A DNA stretch of 64,000 nucleotides from Okamejei kenojei (lineage: Eukaryota): assembly GCA_035221665.1 (NCBI GenBank), contig CM069162.1, forward strand, positions 23,560,001-23,624,000, written 5' to 3'. Within the stretch, counting starts at the first letter, position 1. Each line of letters opens with the position of its first letter. This document shows positions 23,445 through 37,692 of this stretch, piece after piece. The notes beneath the pieces are model-generated. The model ran no database searches. It worked only from the letters and a program-made list of their open reading frames with translations, and had not been told where the DNA came from. Both the position numbers and the translations under genes were made by a program.

Positions 23445-26400
23445 GAAGAGATTTTTCTTTGTTTTTTTAATTTACAGCAGAAAGGATTATAAAGCATTCA
23501 AAAACATCTTACATAATTTTGACGGGGAATTTAAAATGTTTGCATGACTCTGGCAGCTGGGCTATCCCTTGTAAAGATTCTAAACAACCCAGTGACGCTC
23601 TCACATGCAGACATACAAAAATAGGAACAATTGAAACAAAAGGTTGAAATCAAAAAAGGTTAAAAACAAGAGAGTGTAGAGGAAGAAAGAGAGGGGGAAA
23701 AAAAGGAAGGGGCAAGAAAAGAGAGACAAAAAAAAAAGAAGAAAGGAGAATCTACACTAGTATCACCATGCAATTGTGAGCAACCCCAGGAGTCTCTGTC
23801 GTAGCATATGTCTCTGGGCTGTTGCAGTGTGCAACAAAGCTTTGCATTTTCTAGAATTTTATTTTTTTAATTTTTTTTGTGCAATGTTGTGACCTGTTTG
23901 TCTAATCTCAGATGAACAGATGAAGTGGACATTCCTTCCATTACTGTCAAGTTTGATTGATGTAATATATTTTTTTCAAAATCTATTGTGTTCTGTATGT
24001 GTGCGTGTATTTGTATGCGTATGTATGTGTGTTTATGTGTGTAACATTTTCCACTGTATCACACAGTATTTAACATAAAAATGCCTGTTAATCTTTCTTT
24101 TCAAAGAGTGATTTATGGTATAATGCTATATATATATATATTATATCCTTACAGTAACCTGCTCAGCAAAGATTATAACTTAATGTTGTGTCTTTTCTTT
24201 TAGCAATACAGCATTCACATTACTTGGCACCCATTGGCAAAGGAGATAAGTCTTGGTAGCCAAACAGAAAAGAAATATGTAAACATAAACTTTTCAGTTA
24301 TATCATTTTGCTGTCTGTTTTCTAATTCTAAGTACAGTAGTTTTTTTGCAAGTAATCATGCTTTAGCAAAAATGTCCTTCTAAAGAACATTTAAAATAAG
24401 GAATTCTTACAGTGATTTTTTTTCATTTTACAGGTCATTTGCTTCTAATACTTCCTTTTGTTTTTTTTTTTCATTACAGTCATGCACATATCTCTGGTGT
24501 TTTTTTCCATCATTTTAAGTATATATACATTATTTACAAACAGTATATCCACATTGCTAGCTCATTCAGATAAAACTATACAAATTCCCATTCTGCCATT
24601 ACCAATCTCATAACCACTCACAGTAAAATAATTCATTGTTGGCATCCCACGTTTTTTCATTGTTTTCATTCATCTCCCTATCATGTTCTTCAATATATAC
24701 AGAGTCCACCCAGGTTACTGACAGTAGCCAAGAATATGGACATTACTGGCCAGCAGAATACATCATACAAGACCTTACTGTCTTGTACGATGTCAAGGCA
24801 ATGAATGTGACCCCACAAAAAAATCGTCCTATTTTTGAAAGGCTAAAAAAGCTTAAATGCTTTTTGAAAGAAAGAAAGAACAAAAGAAAATAAATTAAAT
24901 AATCAAAGCTTTAAATAAACTATTTATATATTATATATATATTAAAAAAAAGTTCAGACTAAAAAAAAGTTATAAAGTAAGGCAAAATAAAGTGCAGGAT
25001 GTGACAGGACACGAGCAAGGTGACAGTGACTGTTGAGGAAGAAAGGTTTTGGGAGTTTTTGGATAAGGTTAATACCCAGCTTATGTGGAACCTCCTGCCC
25101 CCATTGTCAGCGAACCCAACCCCCTCCATTCCCTTTGTCTTTGTAGTGTGGCCAGTGAGAGAATATTGCAATCGCAAACAAATGTGGTGAGGTCCTCTCA
25201 GCTCAACACACCTGGGCTGCACCTGGGCACCTCCTCAGCTTGCAATTATGACAGACAGAACGGGATCATTACCCTGCCATGGTCTGAAGTGCAGCAGATA
25301 CTCGTACATTGTGAACTCAATGGTGAGAAGCAGAGTAGGACTTTTTATTAACGTTACAATGTTTTTTAATGATATGCTGCCAGTGAAGCAACATAATAAA
25401 GACCGCAGGGGCTTTTTAATGGTGCCTCACAAGGTATAGTGGTGGATGGAGGAAGTCAGTTTGTTCAATTTTATTTGTTCATTAGTTTGAAATGTTATGT
25501 GGGGAAGGGTCTTGCATTACAACTTGATGCACTGAGCTGTCAGTAATAATGTTTGCCAACGAGGTATTAACAGACAGCACGATTGCGTATTGGCAACACA
25601 TTTACCCCTCTACTAGAAATACTGATGTGGTTTACCCCCCCTCCCCCAGAAGCATTTTGTTTTAGATGGCTCAGGTTGGTCAAGAAGCATTCCGTTATGC
25701 CAGTTCACAGTAATTTAAAACTAAGCTATGAAGAATAAAACTAGCATGATTTTCTCAAATCAGCTCATGGTAATAGAGTGGGCAGCAATCTGTTTTACTT
25801 TGACCACAGCAAAGGGTTCAATAATGTATCAATAATGAGTTTATGGAGGGTTGGTTGGGTTTCTGTCTGTATCTCAGTACAAACCTAATCCAAACTTCCT
25901 GCCCCTTTGCAACAGCAAACTAGATGGTCCAATAAAAGACATTGCTTTCCTTCAACTTCCCCAACTGGCAGGCAATCTGGAAAATAAGGCTGTGCCACCT
26001 TCAACACTGTTGGCCTTGGGAGGCCTTTTCTGTTTATAGAAAAGTAGGGCCAGCTTCAATCTCATACTACTAGCCTTTAACACTCGGGGAAATTGAAATC
26101 CTCTCTCCTCTCACTGGCCTTTGGCCTTAGGAAGACCAGGCTCATTGTTGACTGTTGATGAAAGGATATGTCCCTCATGGTTCATTTCAAATCCGCGTAA
26201 CACTGATAATTGGCCAGCATGGAGACAGGAACGGAAGTAATCGGTCAGTTTGCACTGTTTGCTTCTAGCCAAAGGTCTCGGCTCCACATGTCAACAGCAT
26301 CCAGACGCTGGCTTGGACAGACAATTCCAAGCCTCTTCTCCAAACAATGAGTGCTTAGATAAAGCAAACTCAGGATGTCCCAAGATACTTCACAGCCAAT

Positions 26401-28678
26401 TAACTACCTTACATCACTGTCATAATTAAAGAAACACAGCAGCCAATTTAAGATAGACTGGTTACAGAGATGTTAGCTGAGAATTACATGTTGCCTGGAA
26501 CATGGACAGCACCTGGGGCTTGACCTGTAGCAGTAACGCCCTTCAAGGGACAAGGAGAGGGGAAGAGAGGGATAAAGGGCAAAACAGGGAAAACTGGAAG
26601 GGTAAGTTTGTATTCATGCCAGGGCCTCCTGTGTTAGCTTTGGGTGTATCTCACGAGGTGACCCAACCACCATCTTAAAATCTCAGTTCCAGCAACTCTC
26701 TTAAGATCTGGTAAGACATTAAAAAAAAACTCAACAATAAGTTTATACACACACACAGTCACTCCATCATTTCATTATTTTTAAACTTATTTAAATGACC
26801 CACACATATCAATGTAGCACCTGAGGGGGTAATGAATACTTGGCTGGCTCTATACACTGCATGCTGTTTGTGTAGTGTAGGTCACCCCACCAAAGTCCAT
26901 CAATGCAGAATACACTGATTGAGATGAAGATGTGATAAATCCACTTACTGTACATTGCACATAATTACTTAAATTGGGAGTGACCTATCTCCGTGGAGTC
27001 TGGAGGCATGGAGATGACATGCTCTCTGACGGTGTAACTCGGTGTCTCTCTGAGGCATTCAATCCTGGTGCTGCTCAGCATTCAGATTTCAGCGGGCTTC
27101 AGATTTCCAAACAAAACCACTTTTAAGTCTACACAGACTTATGGTATGCGATGGTCCTTTCTGGTTAGCATGGGATCAAAGGAAAACCACTAGGCTTTGC
27201 TGCTCTCAATCATGATCCAGTCAACCCAGCTGGAAAAGTGTGCATATATGTTTCCATCGGGTCTGCTCTTAGCTGTGATGTCCCCAGCAGGCAACCAGCC
27301 CACCAACTCCCACTCTCTGGACAACACACGAATAACGGATTTGACGCTAGAGATTGCACAAGGTATTCTGCAAGGAAATCTTTTGATTAGTGACTATTAT
27401 TCCAAGAGCAGAGACTTGTCAGGTTCACGTTTGCCCCTCCAGATCAGTGAGGACAATACCTATATTTGAGAACGGGGCCTTTTGCAAGTAATTGTTCACC
27501 TTTCTTTGCAGTGCATACCCTACCTAGTAGGCTGAATCTGGTGTAAAGTAAACAGCAGGTTTGCCAGGTGACTTCCAGCTGACTGGGAGATTCAGCCCAG
27601 CTTGCTACCTGATCTAACAGTGATGAGTATCTCCAAAACAGTAAGGCTCCGGGACTTCAGAAACTGTTAAACTTCTGATTTCCTTCACAGTTTACAACCA
27701 AAAGTGGGCTGAAAGATACGCAAACATTGGTTGGTTTGAAACACACATGCACTCACACACACACACCAAATATCCACAAGGTTTGACCAATATACGGAAA
27801 ATAAAATTATATAGCTTCAAGCTGTTCTCTTTGTTTGGCCCCAAGAAGTTACCAATGGTCCTTAAGAGAGTTTTTAAGACCGTAGTACTTCTGGTATGGA
27901 GGGTTCTAGTCAGAAAAGGAGAGAGCAGGCAAGGAAAATATATCAGATTGCAGGCACCTTGACCCAGTTAACTGAATGAGCAGATTATATGTAGCCACAA
28001 GCCACTTCCATTTGGCAAATTGCACATTGCTTGCATCAAACATCTGGAGACAGGGCTCATCTCCAACTCTTCTTCCTCCTCCTTCCTACCCTTGCAGTAT
28101 GTTCTATCCTAGCACGGATCAACAGCAGGATTTAATGAAAGCAAGGAAGAAGTTCGAAGAGAGGAAGTCCCAGGCCTAGTATTGGACCACTCCCTATCGC
28201 TGCAGGCGGCCGTGATCACACCCACCAGAATGTGCAAAACCCGTGACCCCCTGGCTCAGGGTCCACATAAGCTGTGCATCACCTTTCCTTTCAGACTAAC
28301 ACTCCCCTCAATGCACTGACCTGCTTTTTTTTCTTCACTCTTTGATATCTCTACATACATTTGCTTAATCCCGACAAAAAAAGCCCCTTTTTTGTGTTGC
28401 AAACCGTGACACGTTTACAGTACTACGCACCAGGCTGGTAAAGAGGTTATTTCATTCTACAAGTTAGTTTTCAAGTTCTTAAAACAATAAATTGCAAGTT
28501 CTATGGCGCCTTGTTTCGTTTTCTTTAAAAAAAGTTCCATAAAAGTGCCGATGTGGTCGAGAGAAAAAAAGTTTCTAGAGCCTTGTTGCGATGAGAGTGT
28601 TGCTAATCTTCCCAAATCTCTAGTGATCTTTGTAAATGTCTCTGATATAAACATAAAGAAAACAGTCAGGAAGCAATG
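23445..28678 (-). other. CAMTA1: Probable long CAMTA1 3'UTR
   Basis: Follows the stop codons, has no recognisable SINE/LINE, and has AT-rich blocks. On the minus strand, ATTAAA at 23471-23466 is followed by a GU/U-rich tract (tgttagtttgtt). Other AATAAA hexamers lie at 25475, 25349, 23863 and 22624, so the 3' end is uncertain. Confidence 0.55.
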
Positions 28679-28742
28679 TTACATTGCTATGGGGTGCTTC
28701 TGTGAATCTTCAGGTTCCTTGGCCTTTCTCAATTCTTTCACT
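28679..28742 (-). CDS. CAMTA1: CAMTA1 terminal coding exon, two alternative reading frames
   Basis: ctcttccttcag|AGTGAAAGAATTGAG... With the 31-nt exon it reads SERIEKGQGT* (TGA 28712-28710). Without it, it reads (R)VKELRKAKEPEDSQKHPIAM* (TAA 28681-28679). Confidence 0.92.
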
Positions 28743-29746
28743 CTGAAGGAAGAGAGGGGAACAAAAAGAATAAAATTATGTCACCGATATTGGAGCCAAT
28801 TTACAAACCAAGGACACGTCAAAAAAAGGAATAACCAGTAACATTGTTGGTTAATAGGTAACAATAGTCGGGAAAGGCTTCAATCATGGAATGATGTCGC
28901 ACAGAAAGAGGCTACTCAAGTCTTTATATTTACAAGACAACAACTCTGTTTGAAAAATTTGTGCAAATTACATGGTTATCATTATCATGGCATGGAGTGA
29001 TGCGATCAGTTACACTTTAACCTATGTGACCCTGGTCTCAAATCCCAAGACTGGTACAATTAGATCTGCAATCGTACAGGCAGCAGGATAATATCCCAAG
29101 ATTACTAATCCGTCAAGGATACGATCAAATTGATGATCATCACCATGAATTTGACTTCACTTAAAAAAAACTGGAAGTAGACGTAATTATGAAAGCTTGT
29201 AAATTCATAAGTTCTAGGAGCAGGATAAGGCCATTCGGCTCATCGTGTCTACTCTACCGTTCAATCATGGCTGATCTATCTTTTCCTCTCAATCCCATTC
29301 TCCTGCCATCGCCTCATAACCCCTGACACCTGTACTAATCAAGAATCTGTCAATCTCCGCCTTAAAAATATACGTTGACTTGGCCTCCACAGTCGCGTGT
29401 GGCAATTGTTGTAAAAGTAAATCTTCTGGGGATCGTTAGGGAAGTAAAGTTGGCCCACATGTGACCAATCCCAGCTCAACACAGGTGATGCTTGCTGGCC
29501 TTCTGAAGTCAGGAGTGCTGTCAGAACGTTACTGCAATACTACACCACAGCATCTCAATGATCCAGGCATGGGGAGATGAGAAATAGATGCTGGACATCG
29601 GGTTGACCAGGCACTGAGCTCAGATCTAGCCCACAATGGGGGAATGAACCCTGGTACCTGCAGGAAATAGAAACAAACTTCCAAGATGCCATTGCAGGTA
29701 AAACTCGGGGGGGGGGGGGCAAAGTCATACTGGTATAAATAAGATA

Positions 29747-31357
29747 CAGTGGCTTGCAAAAGTTTTCATACCCCTTGAACTTTTCCACATTTTGTCACGT
29801 TACAACCACAAACGTAAATGTATTTTATTGGGATTTTATGTGATAGACCGACACAAAGTGGCGCATAATTGTGAAGTGGAAGGAAAATGATACATGGTTT
29901 TCAAATTTTTTTACAAATAAAAACTGAAAAGTGTGGAGTGCAAAAGTATTCAGCCCCCTTTACTCTGATACCCCTAAATATAATCCAGTGCAACCAATTG
30001 CCTTCAGAAGTCACCTGATTAGTAAATAGAGTCCACTCGTGTGTAATCTAATCTCGGTATAAATACAGCTGTTCTGTGAAGGCCTCAGAGGTTTGTTAGA
30101 GAACATTAGTGAACAAACAGCATCATGAAGCCCAAGGAACACACCAGACAGGTCTGGGATAAAGTTGTGGAGAAGTTTAAAGCAAGGTTAGGTTATAAAA
30201 AAATATCCCAAGCTTTGAACATCTCACGGAGCACTGTTCAATCCATCATCCGAAAATGGAAAGAGTATGGCACAACTGCAAACCTACCAAGACATGGCCG
30301 TCCACCTAAACTGACAGGCCGGGCAAGGAGAGCATTGATCAGAGAAGCAGCCAAGAGGCCCATGGTAACTCTGGAGGAGCTGCAGAGATCCACAGCTCAG
30401 GTGGGAGAATCTGTCCACAGGACAACTATTAGTCGTGCACTCCACAAATCGGGCCTTTATGGAAGAGTGGCAAGAAGAAAGCCATTGTTGAAACATGAGA
30501 AGTCCCGTTTGCAGTTTGCCACAAGCCATGTGGGGGACACAGCAAACATGTGGAGGAAGGTGCTCTGGTCTGATGAGACCAAAATCAAAGTTTTTGGCCT
30601 AAATGCAAAACGCTATGTGTGGCGGAAAACTAACGCTGCACATCACCCTGAACACACCATCCCCACTGTGAAACATGGTGGTGGCAGCATCATGCTGTGG
30701 GGATGCTTTTCTTCAGCAGGGACAGGGAAGCTGGTCAGAGTTGATGGGAAGATGGATGGAGTCAAATACAGGGCAATCTTGGAAGAAAACCTGTTAGAGT
30801 CTGCAAAAGACTTGAGACTGGGGCGGAGGTTCACCTTCCAGCAGGACAACGACCCTAAACATACAGCCAGAGCTACAATGGAATTGTTTAGATCAAAGCA
30901 TATTCATGTGTTAGAATGGCCCAGTCAAAGTCCAGACCTAAATCCAATTGAGAATCTCTGGCAAGACTTGGAAAATTGCAGTTCACAGACCCTCTCCATC
31001 CAATCTGACTGAGCTTGAGCTATTTTGCAAAGAAGAATGGGCACAAATTTCAGTCTCTAGATCTGCAAAGCTGGTAGAGACATATCCCAAAAGACTTGCA
31101 GCAGTAATTGCAGTGAAAGGTGGTTCTACAAAGTATTGACTCAGGGGGGCAGAATACTTTTGCACGCCACACTTTTCAGTTTTTTATTTGTAATAAAATT
31201 TGGAAACCACGTATAATTTTCCTTCTACTTCACAATTATGCGCCACTTTGTGTTGGTCTATCACATAAAATCCCAATAAAATACATTTACGTTTGTGGTT
31301 GTAACGTGACAAAATGTGGAAAAGTTCAAGGGGTATGAAAACTTTTGCAAGCCGCTG
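29747..31357 (+). mobile_element. Tc1/mariner DNA transposon, Passport-like, full length (1611 bp)
   Basis: TA TSD (29745-46 and 31358-59); ~210-bp IR/DR-type TIRs beginning cagtggcttgcaaaag, with an inner repeat gtgcaaaagtattc; internal transposase gene. Confidence 0.96.
30125..31139 (+). pseudogene. DD34E Tc1 transposase with one late frameshift
   Basis: Paired-like HTH, GRPPK, WSDETK, FQQDNDPKH and SPDLNPIE (34 residues between the second D and E). An extra G near 30970 shifts the C-terminus (KIAVHR...KGGSTKY*) into another frame. Confidence 0.93.
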
Positions 31358-34324
31358 TAATTGTATGTTTTTTATAGCATACTGGAGGCAAAACAAACAG
31401 AGCTGCTTGAAGACTCTGTACCATCCAATCCTGTAATTTGAAAGCTGTTTGCCACTAAGCAGCTGTGGGAAGGCGGACACCACGACAATTTATAGGCCTG
31501 ACGAGCGACGGCTGGAATGGGGTGGAATTTATTTTTCTGCACTGAAACCTTCAAGAATATTTCCATCAGGCCTGGCAACCCTCATTCTTAATGAACTTAG
31601 ACCTATGGCAAAAAAAAAAATCCTGCTCATAAATTGGCAATGTCACGGGCATTGGATCGTGGGTAGTTAGCACTGAATATAATGACTTACTCATGTAGAA
31701 ATATGAATTCTTCTGAAAAACAGAGGGGGCTAAATTGGATGGTCCTCAAAAAACCTGCATGGTGATCTTTTGTAGTCTGCTATTTGTGTTGTCTGATAAT
31801 TATAACAAATTCAGTCTGCAGCCCAGATGGGAGTTATCCTTTCCATTAGCAGGGATCCAATTTTGTGAGTGGCTAGCACCAATTAAGACAAGGCTATGCT
31901 ATTTTAAGTCAACTTGTGCCTGTTGAAGGGGAGGCATTCTGAGGCAGGAGCTGATGTGTATTCTGCATCAGACCTGGGAAACATTTAAGAGTGGCATGGC
32001 AATGAAGGGAGCATACTCTGGGGCTCTCCTGTGTTATAATGAAGGCCCGGGTCCAGGTAATGGAGGGGAGGGAGGTCCTGTTTCTGAAGGGGCTTGCAAT
32101 AAAGGGTGGGTTGAGGGGGTGGGTGCTCCCCTAGCCTCATACAGAAGGCAACAAGTACACATTGCGGTGGGAGTCAACGCCAAGATTCAAGCATTGAGTA
32201 CTTGAATCCTGTCGTAAGAACGTTGATGCTGCTTCACGTCAACAATCAAAGTCTGAATGCATCTTAAAATGCCATCAAAAGCACCAGCAGCAGCACACAG
32301 TTCTCAGTGCACCATATCCGTATCACTCACTCATCAGCAACTTTGCACGATCAAACCTGGAGCCTATTATTCATAATCTGTACCACATTCCCCAACACTT
32401 GGCGCAACTCATCTCATAGCTTGCACACACAGCAGGTTTTTTATTTGTAGCTAGACTATCCAAATAGATCACATTGTGCTGAGGCACATTCCTCTCTATC
32501 ACAGGACAAGGAAGAGTGCACAGTCAGGGCAACAGCTAACCAGCAGGGGTAAAGTGCCATTCCATCATCGTGTTGCCTCACAGAAGCCTGCAGAACATCA
32601 CCAGTGTGAGAGTTACTGAGTCTGGGGGACGATGGGGGATATGGAGAGGGAAGACCGTGGAGGAAGATAGTGACCTCATTCTCAATCTTCCAATTCATAG
32701 CATCCCACAATCAAACATAGTCTTTCTCTCCCTGTCCTTCCCACCCTCTTTCATTTGTAAAGTTGTCCATTCTGACAGCCAAAAGGTGCATGGAGAGTAA
32801 GAATCGAGTGTTGGTCAAGGCACATTTGTGGATAGTTTGGCATTCACAACCAATAGCTCAGTGCGCAGCAATGCAGGGAACTTGGGGATGAATGTGGAAG
32901 CAGAGGGTATGTACGCTGGACACTGGACTTGCAGCAAAGGCCAAGCAGAGGAGAATGAGGTTCTGAAAGAGCTGAGTTGCACATGCCATAGATGAGCATT
33001 TGGATGGGGCTTGTACAGCTGCTGTGGTCAGATGATATGGACAATGAATGCAATGACAGGTTTGTGAGAAACCCATGCGGAATCAGCAATGCGGCAGCAA
33101 CTGGCAGCACCTCAAAGGAACTCTAGCGCAGGCAAATACGAGCGGAGCAACTGAACAAAGGCAATACAGCCAAGTCGTGAGTTAACGTTTGTCAGCAATT
33201 TGTCAGATTTTGATTTCTAAGTTTGGAATTTTTATTTTATAATTACCTTTGTTTAAGAAATGTCGCAAGCAGAGGCTATGAGGGAAGGTATGACATGGGT
33301 TGTTGGTGAATGGAAAATGTAGTTGGCATTTATTGGTGAAGTGGGCCGGTGGCACGTAGGCCAGGCAGAAGTGGGCTTGTGTTCTCGTGTGGACCCATCT
33401 GCTGCCCAATGTACAGCTTCACCACTATTCTGTCAAGGCTCTGGAGCATGCAGGAAATTATCACGAATCTCGAGTCAACAGGGTGCCTTACCACGTCTCT
33501 TGTGACATGGCGTTCATTCAATGTGCATTGCCCTACCTTTGAATGGATTGTGCATTGATATTCCTTGTCATAAAGTAGTTACCCTCTGGTTTGCTATGGA
33601 GACTCCGAAACATGTTATTTCTGGACAGCATCGGAATGAATACCTTTTGACTGGTGCCAGGAGATCAGGCATCAACCTGCATAATGTGCCGTGCTTAGTC
33701 GCAAACTAGCTGCAAACGAGGGACTGGAATCCCTTTGGATTTGTGCCGTTGGCACCTTCAAGTCAACGTGCCCATTGTCAGTGGCACTCTGTGTCATGGG
33801 GAAGCTGCAAATCTCCCAAAGCTGTTAGTTTGCTCTTACTGTTGGCGTCTGCCCAGAGGGAATGAAATGCACTCAACCTTTCTGGATTAGAGTGTATCAG
33901 TGACCTACCTCTCCCTTGTGCAGCAATGGTCAGCAGGCTGAGAGGTGTTGCAAATATTTCTTGCCTTAGCCTTAAAGGAATCGCGCCCCTAAAATGTCAT
34001 AGCCACAATGACTTAGACAGCAACTGGCAATGTGATCCTCAGCATACTTTGCTAGTGGGGTGGTGATATTTATTAGTGAGCTGATCCTTAATGAAGCACC
34101 AGTTTCCTCACACACACTGGCCATCCATGAGATTGAGCAAGCAGAACTGTACTCAGGGTTAATCTTTGCACAAGAGCTCTTATCCCTTCCTTCTCCCCCT
34201 TCTTCTGACAGCTCTTCCACCCCCCTCTTCTGAACCCACTGCCTGTTCTCTGAGTCACGCTGCATTCCAAAATATGTACCAAAACCCTGTTGATTTGCTA
34301 ACAGTCAAGATACAGTTTTTCAGC

Positions 34325-34501
34325 AAAGATGGACACAAAGCGCTGGGGTAACTCAGCGGCTCAGGCAGCATCTCTGAAGAAAAAGGATGGGTGATGTTTC
34401 GGGTCAGGACTTCTGATCCCGACCCGAAACGCCACCCATCCTTTTTCTCCAGCGATGCTGCCTGACTCGCTGAGTTACTCCAGCACTCTGTGTCTATCTT
34501 T
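34325..34501. mobile_element. Palindromic PLE-end element
   Basis: aaagatggacaca...ctgggg taactcagcg / cgctgagttactccagc...tgtgtctatcttt inverted arms; centre partly deleted. Confidence 0.78.
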
Positions 34502-37387
34502 GTTATAAACAAGCTGTTATTTTTACTGTTCTTTGTTTCTGCAGTTTATCACTGTCTGGCAGAAAACCCTTTGTGGACTTCAAGAATTTTAAAGCACCGT
34601 GGAGACCACTAATGCTTGGTGGAACTGTACAAGCCAACAAACAGCATCAGTAACTGATCTCCAACTAGTTGATAACCTCTTTTGGTTGTATGTTCTGCCG
34701 TGCGAGTTAGAATATAGGGTGGCAGGTTGAACACCAAAGTCATCTTGCAGCAATGGTGGCAATTCACGCACTGCATGCTGCACTGATACTTCCAATGGGC
34801 TTTAGCTTCACAGGCAGTAACATCTTTCACAGCATGACACCTAATTTGACCTGCATGACAAATGTGTACCTCCATTATGGAAGCAATTTAACAATCTTGG
34901 GATTCAAGTACCATATAATGCGGTCACAATGCTAGCTCAGAGTAGAGACACCTTTAATCTACAATCAACTGTGCAATAGACAAGTTTTGAATGCGAGACG
35001 TCTAAAGAATCTCAGTCACAACACTGTGGTGAGCGGAAATGCTGTTAAATAGGCATTGCAACAGGTGGCCTAGGGTAGGTCTTGGTTTTAGCATTGGGCT
35101 CTGGAGAGTAACAGATCACTCCATCAACTCGAACAAAACATTTCCCAGAAAAACTCTGAAATAATTAATTTGGCTTGGATTTCTCTGGCAAGTTTCACCA
35201 AACTAATCAACAAACAATTCACAGCAAACATTCCTGATTAGCTTTGCAGCCTAAACATCTGTGATTAATTCAGATCCCAAACCCAGACAAATTTAATGAT
35301 TTTCAAATTAGTTTAGATTAAAATTAAATCAATGTTGCACGTTGGGCTGAGATGTGTACTTCTTGTTAAAGGTTCGGCGACTGGAATAGATGTGTATTTA
35401 TTTATGGATTGGGACCACAGACCCACAAGCCCAGCTACTTCTCACTGGCTTTCCAAATTTCCATTCGTCATGAAAAAGGCATGAGCACGAAGGTTATTCC
35501 ACTGCAGATGGCATCCAAGTCCAGGTTGATCCAACAGTCCAGCATCCATGCACGAGTAATGAGTTGATGGAATGGCTTTTGTTGTCAGAGATCGAATTGT
35601 TGATGGATTTCCCCCAATCCCATCAGCCTTCTAACCCACTGAGAACACTTCAGGGTGACACATTGGGCCTTAGCTTTCCCTGGTGAAAGAGTGGGCGAGC
35701 TGTTTTTTACTCCATTCAATGGGATCAACGATGACCTGCACCTTACTCCAATCACATGGGCTGACTTTTTATTACCTAAAGAACAGAGTCATATATTCCT
35801 TAACATCATCCTTACAAAACTGTCAGTCACAGTTCAATCTCTCCTCTAAGACACATCATCCAATGCATCACCTACAGCATTATATTGGAATGACAATCCT
35901 GATTAGGGTATACAATAGGAGGATCCGAATCACAACCTTACGATACAGATGTCAGATTGCTTTCAGTATCATCTCTACAGGTTAAACAAGATCCAAGGGC
36001 AGGTGGTCAAATACTTCAAACAGTTCAACATGTTTCCAAACACTCTGTGAACAAACTATCTTCTAATTGGAGTGATATAAAATTATTTTATTTGTCAATT
36101 GTGAGATAAATCCTCTGAATTATCTCCTTCACTGCCACAATTATACAGAAGCTCCGCGATTGTCAACAGGGTTTCTACAGGTAGTTTGATTTCCTTATCT
36201 GTTATTTTCGACTGAGAGAGGATTGTTGGGGATTCCCTGTGCCAGATGTCAATAGAAATCCTGGAAAAAGGCACAAGTGCCGATGCCTTGGTGCCATTAC
36301 TCACGGCATTGTGCCGGACCTTCTGAACAAGAGACCGATAATCCCACAGCAAATTTAACGCATATCCTTTTTTAAATTAGCTTTAAATCAAATCCATTGC
36401 AAATTACAGCTTGATTTGTGTCTCATCATCCCTTAAATTCAAATCAACACTCATCAAACCATCTCCAACATTCAGTGCTACTAATCTTAATCTTTCCTCA
36501 GTCTTCCCTCTGCTCTCTCAATCAAAAGGCTTTTATGCCCCTGGACAATCCTTAAATGCTGATTCATCTACTCTTATCTATTCCTGCAAAGTGTGACAGT
36601 GCCCATGGTTTGTTAGCATTGGCTCTTCAGCTCCAGAACTGGTCAGGCAAACATTGGGAAAGGGATATGACTGCTAATTGCAGATAACAATCCAATCTAA
36701 TTTTAGTTGTGCTGATGAAAGGGCGAAAGATGATGCAGACACCACAAGAAGGCTGCGATTTTCCTTTTTGGTTGCTTTTGTACGAATCGGTACGGTGAGG
36801 GATGAGCACTGGCAATTAGGACAAATATGACATTTTTAAACATTCAATGGAGTGAAGAGTATCATTGTGAATCAAGTCAGGCACACAAAAGCATCTGTGT
36901 TGCTGGTGATTTGTTCCATTAACAGCTCTCGCTGCTCTCACTGCAGAACTTACTGTTACTCACTGTCTGCTTAAACGCACAAGGTCTAAAAATAGACAAT
37001 ATTTCATTCAGAAAGATATTAGACAACATTCACATAATACAACTCCCAGCCTCCCCCTCCGACACGCACACCAGATAAAATAAAAATGAATAAGCTTGAT
37101 CATTCGAGTCTTCTTATCATTGTTCCTTCCTGGTTGGATGCTCCCTGTCCTACGTGGCTATTCCTAATACAGGACAATTAAAAGATTCTTCAATAGCAGG
37201 GACGTTGGAGTGGATCCTAATCCTGTCTTTGCCCAATGTTTGTCCATGGCCAGTCTTCATTAATTGCCGGTGGGTGCTCCTCCAGAGGTTATGGCAGTAA
37301 GGCATTGGAAGGGGTCAGTTAAATCAAAGAAAGGATCAATGCTGGACTTGTTGGCAGCAACACAAGGGGCAAATATGTGTTTACTGG

Positions 37388-37692
37388 GACCACACGGTGG
37401 CGCAGTGGTAGAGTTGCTGTCTTACAGCGCCAGAGAACATGGTTCAATCCTGACTGCAGGTGCTGTCTATACGGAGTTTGTACGTTTTCCCCATGACCTG
37501 CGTGGGTTTACTCCAGGTGCTTTGGATTCCACCACACACTCCAAAGACGTACAGGATTGTAGGCTAATTGGGTTGGTAAAATTGTAAATTGTCCCCAGTG
37601 TGTGTAGGATAGTTAGCGTGCTGAAATCGCAAGGTCGACGCAGACTCAGCTGCCTGCAGAGCTTGTTTTCGCGCTGTATCTCTAAACTAAAC
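37388..37692 (+). mobile_element. tRNA-derived SINE
   Basis: cacggtggcgcagtggtagagttgctg...ggttcaatcc head; tail ctctaaactaaact. Confidence 0.85.

Noticed and set aside
37388-37460. tRNA gene
   Set aside because: The tRNA-like A/B boxes are SINE heads that continue into the SINE core; no full cloverleaf is evident.
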